Below are positions 57,101-64,000 of a stretch of DNA of 64,000 nt, in pieces. Both the position numbers and the translations under genes were made by a program. The notes under the pieces were generated by a model. It saw only the letters and a program-made list of their open reading frames with translations. It ran no database searches and had not been told where the DNA came from. The stretch's first letter is position 1; every line of letters begins with the position of its first letter. Source of the DNA: Polyangiales bacterium (GTDB lineage: Bacteria; Myxococcota_A; Polyangia; Polyangiales; Polyangiaceae); contig JBBRNJ010000004.1 of assembly GCA_038230375.1 (NCBI GenBank), positions 32,001 through 96,000 on the forward strand, read 5' to 3'.

Positions 57101-58631
57101 CACGGATCACGCCGTCGCGCTTGCCTCCGCCGAGCGCGGCCTGGTCCTGCTGGTGAACGAACAGGGCGAGCTCGCCGCCGTTGCCACGCGCGCGCCCAAG
57201 GGCGAGGACGAGCACGCACGCTTCTCGCGCTCCGTCGCCGAGGAGGTCGTGCGCACCGGCGAGCCCGTGGTGGTCACCCGCGCCAAGGACGACGAGCGCG
57301 TCGCCAAGGCCGTCAGCGTGCACCAGCTCATGATCCAGTCCATTGCCTGCGTGCCGATCCGCGGCGCTCCGCCGGTGGGCCGTCCCATTGGCGCGCTCTA
57401 CCTGGAGACGCGCCTGCGCGAAGCGGGCCGCTTCAAGGACGAGCTGCCCACGCTCATGGCCTTCGCGGATCAAGCCGCCATCGCGATCGAAAACGCACGC
57501 TTGCTCGAGGAGAACAAGCAACGCGAAGAGGAGCTCGCGAGCGCGAACGCGGAGCTCCTCACTGCGCAGGAGCGGCTCGAGGAGCTCCTTGGCAGGCGCA
57601 CCGAGCAGCTCGCTGCCACACGGCGCGATCTGAAGGAGACCCGCGCCGCGCTGCGCAGCCACTTCGGATACGCAGGCCTCGTGGGCACCAGCGCGTCCAT
57701 GCGTAAGCTCTACGCGATCCTCGAGCGCATCAAGGACACCGACGTTCCCGTGCTCATCATTGGCGAGAGCGGCACCGGCAAGGAGGTGGTCGCAAAGGCC
57801 ATCCACTCCCAGTCACTGCGCGCGAAGGCCGCATTCGTGGGCGTCAACTGCGGAGCCATCCCCGAGAACCTGCTGGAGAGCGAGCTCTTCGGCCACGCAC
57901 GCGGCGCGTTCACCGGCGCCGACCGCGAACGAAAAGGCCTGTTTCGCGAGGCCGCGGGCGGCTCCCTCCTCCTGGACGAGATCGGCGAGCTCCCGATCAA
58001 GATGCAGGCTGCACTCTTGCGCGTGCTGCAAGAGCGCAAGGTCCGGCCCGTGGGCGAGGCCATGGAGATCGCGGTGGACACGCGCATCATCGCCGCGACC
58101 AACCGTGATCTGTCCGCGATGGTGGAGGCCGGAACGTTCCGCGAAGACCTCTGGTACCGCCTGCAGGTGATCGAGATCAACGTGCCGCCTCTGCGCGACC
58201 GCAAGGACGACATCCTCCCGCTCACCGATCACTTCCTCACGATCTTCGCGTCGCGTTACCGCCGCGACAAGAAGAACGTGGAGCGTGAGGCGCGCAAACG
58301 CCTCCTGGACTACGAATGGCCGGGCAACGTGCGCCAGCTGGAGCACGTGCTCTTGAATGCGTGGCTCATGAGCGAGGCCGACGAGATCGTCCTCGAGGAC
58401 TTCACCATCCCGGAGTCGGACAGCCGTCCCCTCAGCTCACGCAACAGCACGGCACCGAGCCGCCCCACCAGCGTGACGGTGCGGAGCGCGGGTGAGCACC
58501 GCGAGGCGGAGAAGGATCGGATCCTCGCCGCCCTCGCGGAGACCAACTGGAACCGCGTGAAGGCCGCGGAGGTCGTGGGCATGCCGCGGCGGACCTTCTA
58601 CCGACGCCTGAAGGAATACGGCATTCTCTGA
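54099..58631 (+). CDS. Ser/Thr kinase - degenerate NTPase - TPR - GAF - sigma-54 activator fusion
   Basis: HGDVKPAN/DLG kinase; GAHRSGRST and LLVVDD; TPRs; GAF; GESGTGKE, GAFTGA, WPGNVRQL; HTH. Confidence 0.9.
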   Translation: MTRFAIPDGVTKASAPELPPRYEAVARLGKGGGGEVWHVRDRVKNLTLAVKLLAEDSGEHEVMALVREATTLSGLEGLGVPRVLAFGSLGDGRRFMVRELVPGRSYEDLLEERATDFLGPLAGAADTLTALHRAGLLHGDVKPANIVVDAEGRATLVDLGLSAPWREGGTRPEGLTPKYAAPELFAGEPLTVRAEVYALGATLRDALDARGAELPEDMLTALRKVAARAIEERPDARFPSVDELGAALRSSANLARSGEDVRPGWPVLGLDFASHELRMLTTKIKGGDSIALAGAHRSGRSTLLRRLAWTLGVGGETVSLVDAPENDEGAKVLTDEIHLAATKNGLLVVDDLESLPNGTRNALAEASKAGAKIVAAASAEALAVLTHGAVTTQTMPALDASAARELVRRANPSLPDAIIAELVTRAGGSPGILRDMLGTLGTRVVVSVEELHEMFAAQHAPLSTGNSYEEAKKALERALDTGRFDEAQSHLDMVRALRPGPSGVNLAATEARDTALEIATAKIALARGEVDRATEALASVAETAAKGPHSRAYYTLLARVKNRAGDFAAAAELTKGVIDEGIVDTIQADALSVRGVALAYMGDDDKAHGLLTEAVAVASTLGDKRAEAVALGSLAIAFQRAGKTQEAKDAYERALACAEAAKDAWTVSTTRLNLAVLAQAAGDLGQALVHLEAAVDMGRRAGAKMAVQRALFNLANLDLYLGRYARAEASIRSLSEDRAALDKSARGQLLGLEADLHFRQGDFERSATLFALCAEMYELVGRPLDAAEGRLESLLAKLRGKSPDAGELAREYDALSKTLAGSFGEHEGFAMLVRGKIDVLSGDETRAKDCFDASLAAARKAGKRELEWRTLDSRGRLFTSQGAFSLARKDTEDALGILEETARRLPRDLREVFWNDPWRHALRASLAVTSPSSPPGALHAHGVGHATLASQSALTGSISQFSRTGTTIAIAPSSEDRLARILELTRELAREHDMSRLLQKVTDHAVALASAERGLVLLVNEQGELAAVATRAPKGEDEHARFSRSVAEEVVRTGEPVVVTRAKDDERVAKAVSVHQLMIQSIACVPIRGAPPVGRPIGALYLETRLREAGRFKDELPTLMAFADQAAIAIENARLLEENKQREEELASANAELLTAQERLEELLGRRTEQLAATRRDLKETRAALRSHFGYAGLVGTSASMRKLYAILERIKDTDVPVLIIGESGTGKEVVAKAIHSQSLRAKAAFVGVNCGAIPENLLESELFGHARGAFTGADRERKGLFREAAGGSLLLDEIGELPIKMQAALLRVLQERKVRPVGEAMEIAVDTRIIAATNRDLSAMVEAGTFREDLWYRLQVIEINVPPLRDRKDDILPLTDHFLTIFASRYRRDKKNVEREARKRLLDYEWPGNVRQLEHVLLNAWLMSEADEIVLEDFTIPESDSRPLSSRNSTAPSRPTSVTVRSAGEHREAEKDRILAALAETNWNRVKAAEVVGMPRRTFYRRLKEYGIL

Positions 58632-58662
58632 GACTGCCTGTGCGCCTTCGTGGCGCCTGCGC

Positions 58663-59268
<606 letters not shown>

Positions 59269-59309
59269 GATGAAGACCTCCGCGCCTGACCGGCGATGGG
59301 AGGAGCAGT

Positions 59310-59325
59310 CGCACGCAACGTGCCG
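59310..59325 (-). promoter_or_regulatory. Sigma-54 -24/-12 promoter
   Basis: Minus strand CGGCACGTTGCGTGCG. Confidence 0.5.
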
Positions 59326-59430
59326 CGCGAGGATGGCCCGGAACCAGTTGTTTTCTCGTGGGGCAGATGCCAAGCGTGACGCGGTTGTCCCCCGTGGGAT
59401 CGTGCTGGCGCGACGTCGGTGACGCGTCGG

Positions 59431-59510
59431 ACTTCGACTTCGACTTCGACTTCGACATCGGCGTCGACTTCGACTTCGACTTCGACTCCGACCTCGACTT
59501 CGACCTCGAC
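59431..59510 (+). repeat. (NNCGAC)n hexamer array F
   Basis: About 13 mostly TTCGAC units between divergent genes. Confidence 0.95.
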
Positions 59511-59604
59511 ATGGATCGGTCGGTCTCCAGCTTGGTACGTCCATTGAGCTCAGTTGGCTTCATGGATGGCCCAGTAAACCTTTGATATCGTTTAGGCCTA
59601 CATG

Positions 59605-59620
59605 TGGCACTGGGTATGCA
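59605..59620 (+). promoter_or_regulatory. Sigma-54 -24/-12 promoter
   Basis: TGGCACTGGGTATGCA. Confidence 0.65.
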
Positions 59621-59632
59621 TGGTCTGAGTTC

Positions 59633-60886
59633 ATGCCCTCCCATCGCTCGGTTCGTCGCTCCCTCCTCGCGTGCTCTGCATCCATCGCCGCGCTCGTCAT
59701 GGGATGCAGCAGCGGCGCCTCTGATGGATTGGACTCGAACGCGCAGAGCGTGACCGACATCCCGCAGACACAGGTGAAGGATCAATCTATCGGCAACTGC
59801 TGGACGTACGCGACCACCGGCTGGGTAGAGTCGCTCGCGAAGATCTCGTCGAAGAAGGACATGAACCTCTCCGAGTCGTACGTCAGCTACTGGTACTGGT
59901 ACCAGCAGGTCACCGACCCGAGCTTCACCGCCAACAGCATCGCGGAAGGCGGCTCATGGGGTGTCGCCGTCGAGCTGATTCGCAAGTGGGGCATGATGGA
60001 CGAAGGCGCGTTCATCCCGGAGGAAGCAGACGCGATCCTCTCGAACCGCCAGGCCTCCGCGGTGAAGGCCATGAATGAGTCGCTCACGAACGGCGCGCTG
60101 AAGGCGCCCGAGTCGCGCACGAACAAGGCGCTCGTCCGCACGGAGTTGAACAAGGCGTGGGGTCTGTCGGACTCCGTCGTCGCCAATCTCGACAAGACCT
60201 TCGGTGCGGACGGCGGCAAGACGCTGGACGTGGGCACCGTCCCCGACGGCGTTCCGATCTACTCCGCGAAGACCCTCCCCGCAAAGCTCCAGAACCCGAC
60301 CACGAAGGCGCTCGAGGATCACACGCTGGCGGACGCCATTGGCACGCCGCGCTACGAGTGGAACCCCGACTATCGCATCGGCACGTACGCGTGGGGCGTG
60401 ACGCAGTACCCGACGTCCGCGACCGACCGCCGCAACTTCCAGAAGCGCGTGCAGCGCGCGCTCCACGACAATCAGCCCGTCGTCGTCAGCTGGTACGTGG
60501 ACTTCAACGCGCTCAACGCGCAAGGCCAGTTCGCAAAGCCCCCCGCGAAGCCCGGCTCGCAGGGCGGCCACATGACGATCATCATGGATTACCAGGTGAA
60601 CAACGTCCCCGGCTTCGGCACGCTGCCCGCTGGCGTGCTGGAGACGCGCCCCGAGGCACTGGCCGCCGCGCTCGACGACGCGGCCACGATCGAGTTCTTC
60701 CGCATCAAGAACTCGTGGGGCAACTACCACTCCGTGCCGAGCACCATCGGCTACCACGACCTCTACATGGAATACATGAACGGCCCGATCTCGGAGTGCG
60801 AGACCGACGCGGAAGAGAAGCCCATCCTGGACAAGTGCCACCCCGGCGTTCCGCTCGGGGACGTCGTGCTGCCCGCCGGTTACTGA
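59633..60886 (+). CDS. Papain-like (C1) cysteine peptidase lipoprotein
   Basis: VKDQSIGNCW, GGHM, IKNSWG catalytic motifs; VMGC lipobox. Confidence 0.88.
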   Translation: MPSHRSVRRSLLACSASIAALVMGCSSGASDGLDSNAQSVTDIPQTQVKDQSIGNCWTYATTGWVESLAKISSKKDMNLSESYVSYWYWYQQVTDPSFTANSIAEGGSWGVAVELIRKWGMMDEGAFIPEEADAILSNRQASAVKAMNESLTNGALKAPESRTNKALVRTELNKAWGLSDSVVANLDKTFGADGGKTLDVGTVPDGVPIYSAKTLPAKLQNPTTKALEDHTLADAIGTPRYEWNPDYRIGTYAWGVTQYPTSATDRRNFQKRVQRALHDNQPVVVSWYVDFNALNAQGQFAKPPAKPGSQGGHMTIIMDYQVNNVPGFGTLPAGVLETRPEALAAALDDAATIEFFRIKNSWGNYHSVPSTIGYHDLYMEYMNGPISECETDAEEKPILDKCHPGVPLGDVVLPAGY

Positions 60887-60893
60887 GTCGCCA

Positions 60894-61778
60894 TCACCGA
60901 GCCGTTATGGCGACGTTGTCGAGGTGCACGGCGCTCGCCTGCACGTTGCCGCCGCTGTAGTAGCCGGCGCCAACGTCCACTGTGGTCACCCCTGGCTGTC
61001 CGCTCGGATCCATTGGACGGTTCAGGCCGGCGTTTGCGTAGCTGACGATGACCTTGCGATTCTGAAGGTCCACGAGGATGTCGGCATCGGCCCAGCCCTG
61101 CCCTGGGAGCACGCCAGCGCCGATCGAGTACTCGGGATAGCTCTGCGCTCCGCCATCGACGATGATCTGCTCCTGAACGGTCGCGCCCGACGCGCGCTGA
61201 TAGAGCGTGACGCCGTAGGACCCGTTGACCTGCGTCATCGCGATCTGACCGAGCAAGAGTCCCGCGGCGGGGTCCATCGTCTCGACCTTGACCTTGAACG
61301 TCAGGTGAACCGATGTCTGAGGCGTCGTCGCGAGCTGATAGACCAGAAGGCTCAGAAGGCCGCTGCCAACTCCCGCGTCTGTCGAGAGCAGCGCCGAGCC
61401 TGGCGCTGACACGAACAGCCCCGTATCGATCTTCTGGCTGCCGGAGCTCATCGTTGGGTTGATCACGGTCTTCGTGAAGCCACTTCCGACATCCAGGCCT
61501 TCGTCGAAGTCGGCGCAGAACGTTGGTTTCACCGCCAGAGACGCGCAGTAGGACAGGCCAGCACCGCCATCTGCAGCCGTGGATCCATCGCCAGCTGACG
61601 CACCAGCGTCCAACGCAGTGGAATCGAGATCGCTGCCGTCGGTGACGCCAGCGTCGAGCCCCACGCCCGTGGGTCCGCCAACGTAGCCGTCGAACGACTC
61701 CACAAGGCCGCACGCGCAGAGGGATGCGGAACCGGCCAGCACAGCCCAAGGTCGCACGCGCTTCTTGCGAGGTGCCAT
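60894..61778 (-). CDS. Hypothetical lipoprotein (beta-sandwich)
   Basis: LCAC lipobox; DAG linker; FCADFDEG...LDNV. Confidence 0.7.
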   Translation of the reverse strand: MAPRKKRVRPWAVLAGSASLCACGLVESFDGYVGGPTGVGLDAGVTDGSDLDSTALDAGASAGDGSTAADGGAGLSYCASLAVKPTFCADFDEGLDVGSGFTKTVINPTMSSGSQKIDTGLFVSAPGSALLSTDAGVGSGLLSLLVYQLATTPQTSVHLTFKVKVETMDPAAGLLLGQIAMTQVNGSYGVTLYQRASGATVQEQIIVDGGAQSYPEYSIGAGVLPGQGWADADILVDLQNRKVIVSYANAGLNRPMDPSGQPGVTTVDVGAGYYSGGNVQASAVHLDNVAITAR

Positions 61779-61804
61779 TGTCAAGACGGGGCGGTTGCGC
61801 ACAA

Positions 61805-62167
61805 CTACTGCTTGTAGGCCTTCTCGATGCCGTCCGCGTCTGCGCCCACGAACCAGCTGATCTCGTCCTCGCTCTTTGCGACGCTCGAGAGGGGAACGAC
61901 GCTCTTGCCGGTGGCGCGCTTGGCAACGTCATAGGCGCGCGGATTCTGGTCCACGTCCACGAGGGCGAACGGGATGCTGCGCTCGCGGAGGTCCTTCTCG
62001 AGCGACTTGCACGCCGAGCACCACGACGCACCGAACACCGTCACGGTGGGCTCACTGCCGAGCGAACGCAAAGCCACCGCGTCGTCCGCTCTTGCGATGG
62101 GTTCGCTGCCACTCACACCTAGGAAGGCCACAGCCATGACAGCGACCAGCACGAACGAACGAGCCAT
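61805..62167 (-). CDS. Exported glutaredoxin/thioredoxin-like protein
   Basis: Signal peptide; WCSAC; VDVD; VVP cis-Pro. Confidence 0.8.
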   Translation of the reverse strand: MARSFVLVAVMAVAFLGVSGSEPIARADDAVALRSLGSEPTVTVFGASWCSACKSLEKDLRERSIPFALVDVDQNPRAYDVAKRATGKSVVPLSSVAKSEDEISWFVGADADGIEKAYKQ

Positions 62168-62317
62168 GCCTTCAGCATAGCACCCACGCAGAGTGGTGCC
62201 GCGACTCCACGGCACCGCGTCATGGCCGACGCGGTGAAGGTGGAGAAATGGGCGTACGCGAACCACTGACGACGCGGCACGCACAACGAAGTAGCTTGTT
62301 TTTAGCCAATTCCGTGC

Positions 62318-62333
62318 AGGCACACCTCCTGCT
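62318..62333 (+). promoter_or_regulatory. Sigma-54 -24/-12 promoter
   Basis: AGGCACACCTCCTGCT upstream of an AGGAGG RBS. Confidence 0.5.
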
Positions 62334-62363
62334 CCAGAAAGCCCGTCCCCAAGGAGGTCCTTC

Positions 62364-62846
62364 ATGTTCGTTCGTACGCTTGCTTCGATCGCGTTCGTCA
62401 CTGGCTTCATGGTCCTGGCCATCCCCACGCAGGGCTGTGCGTCCTCTGCAAGCGAGGTATGCAACGGCTCCGGGCAGTGCGTCTGCAAGGGCAACTGCTC
62501 CAAGAGCTGCGACAGCGCAGACGGCTCGGGCTGTAGCTTCGTCTGCGAGGCGGGGGCCACCTGCTCCTTCACGTGCAAGGGCGGCAACTGTCAGGCGAGC
62601 GGCGACGGCAGCATCGCGATCGACTGCCCCAAGGGAGGATGCAGGACGTCGTGCTCGGGCCCGTCATGCAAGGTGACCTCGTGCACACAGAACTGCACGA
62701 CCGCATGCGGCAACGCCACGGTGTGCTCCTCCAGCTGCACGGACACGAACGCAGGCTGCGTCACCAGCGGCACAGCCGCGGGCAGCGGCACGGACACCGA
62801 CGCAGGAGGCGGCGGCACCGTGCCGGACGTGGACGCAGGTTTCTGA
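62364..62846 (+). CDS. Small Cys-rich lipoprotein
   Basis: TQGC lipobox; many periodic Cys; AGGAGG RBS. Confidence 0.8.
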   Translation: MFVRTLASIAFVTGFMVLAIPTQGCASSASEVCNGSGQCVCKGNCSKSCDSADGSGCSFVCEAGATCSFTCKGGNCQASGDGSIAIDCPKGGCRTSCSGPSCKVTSCTQNCTTACGNATVCSSSCTDTNAGCVTSGTAAGSGTDTDAGGGGTVPDVDAGF

Positions 62847-62855
62847 GCACGTACG

Positions 62856-63401
62856 TCACACGTGGAGGAGCTCAACGGTGCTGGCCTGCGGGCCATTGTC
62901 ACCAGCCTCCTCGGCGTAGCGGACGCGGCTGCCCACAGCCACCTTCGGGAAGCGCGCGCCCAGCACGCTGTTCTGGTGGAAGTAGATCTCGTGTCCGTCC
63001 TCCTCCGCTTCGAGGAAGCCGTAGCCGCGATCGTGGAACACCTTGGAGACCACGCCGTGCGGTGGTTTCAGGTGGGTCTTGCCGTGGTGGTCGCGCGGAT
63101 GGTGTTCGGACAGCAGGCGCTCTGCATCCGAGAAGGCCTCATCGAGCAACGCATTGAGGTCCTCCGCGCCGTGCGGTGACGTCCTTGACACCAAAAGCTG
63201 CCTCCCTGGCAGCTGTGCGTCGATACGAACGTGATACCGGTGTCCGTGGGTCTGATGGCGGTGCGGCATCTCCACGACGACGTGACAGTGAATGATGTTC
63301 GCCTCGAACGTCTCGAGCTTCGCTGCTCGCTTTTCGACATGTGCCGTCACCGCATCGGAGTGCGGGATATCTCGGAAGGTGATCTGAACCGGAGCTGCCA
63401 T
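62856..63401 (-). CDS. HPF/RaiA ribosome-associated protein fused to a cold-shock domain
   Basis: VQITFRDIPHSDAV...CHVVVE; GYGFLE...EIYFHQNSV...GPQASTV. Confidence 0.9.
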   Translation of the reverse strand: MAAPVQITFRDIPHSDAVTAHVEKRAAKLETFEANIIHCHVVVEMPHRHQTHGHRYHVRIDAQLPGRQLLVSRTSPHGAEDLNALLDEAFSDAERLLSEHHPRDHHGKTHLKPPHGVVSKVFHDRGYGFLEAEEDGHEIYFHQNSVLGARFPKVAVGSRVRYAEEAGDNGPQASTVELLHV

Positions 63402-63523
63402 GGGGCGGACTCCTTTCTCTTCCGCGAGTCAGCTACAACATCCGTGCCGTACGCTCTGCGCGACGATCTCCCCGCGTATCGAGCCATCCGCATGGATGCG
63501 GGGCAGTCCGCCACGTGTCAACG

Positions 63524-64000
63524 TCACAGACAGACGCCGAAGTCGACGATCTGGCCGATCAGAAACGCCCCAGGGGACGAAGCCGCCACACAGCGCTTGC
63601 CCGCGGTGCAGTCGCCATTGGTCGCGCAGAGCGGAAGCTCCGGTGACGGGCAGCCCTTGCGGCACGTGGTGCTGAAGGAGCTGTCGTTCAGCGGCTTGGC
63701 CTTCACCGGACACGCGTTGAGGTCAACGTTCGGAAGCAGCGCACAGCAGACACTGCCGTTGCCACAGTCCGCCGACGCGTTGCACGAGACACCGCGATCG
63801 CTCTCCTCTGTCAGGCATTGCTCGGGCGTCGTGTAGCAGACCTGCTCGGCCAGGCACTTGAGCATGCCGCTGCCGCAGTTGTTCGCCACGAGTAGCTTGA
63901 CGGGCGCGTTGCATCCGCCGGCGTCCGCTCCGGCGTCGCCCCCCGTGGAGAGCGAGGCATCGTGCCTGTCGGTGGAGCCGCCATCGCTCGGCGACGAGCT
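63524..64000 (-). CDS. Cys-rich exported protein, 5' end beyond the window
   Basis: The open frame continues to the window end; DAG linker; CNASADCGNGSVCC. Confidence 0.6.
   Translation of the reverse strand, partial: SSSPSDGGSTDRHDASLSTGGDAGADAGGCNAPVKLLVANNCGSGMLKCLAEQVCYTTPEQCLTEESDRGVSCNASADCGNGSVCCALLPNVDLNACPVKAKPLNDSSFSTTCRKGCPSPELPLCATNGDCTAGKRCVAASSPGAFLIGQIVDFGVCL

Noticed and set aside
54099..58631. Avs/STAND anti-phage defence system
   Set aside because: The NTPase is degenerate and the output is a sigma-54 activator, a common myxobacterial regulatory architecture. There is no defence-island context.

Overview
High-GC 64 kb chromosomal segment that reads like a Myxococcota (Polyangiales/Polyangiaceae-type) genome. 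The basis is four Hanks-type Ser/Thr kinases, two sigma-54 enhancer-binding proteins, many Cys-rich or DAG/DGG-linker lipoproteins and gliding-motility-like proteins. About 56 CDSs can be supported, including serS, an HMG-CoA synthase, an M20 N-carbamoyl amidohydrolase, a dipeptide epimerase and an HPF-cold-shock fusion. No rRNA, tRNA, CRISPR, transposase or integrase was seen. The most notable signals are: (1) six dispersed (NNCGAC)n hexamer arrays, all on the same strand regardless of gene orientation; (2) a compact cobalamin riboswitch leading a surface-lipoprotein operon with no B12 transporter nearby; (3) a kinase-HEAT / degenerate HD-GYP / kinase operon; (4) a three-gene c-type cytochrome cluster; (5) a POTRA-aspartyl protease-PDZ fusion lipoprotein; (6) several sigma-54 promoter motifs in front of secreted proteins, plus recurrent leaderless-type -10 boxes. 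All functional calls come from motif recognition by eye; no database searches were run.
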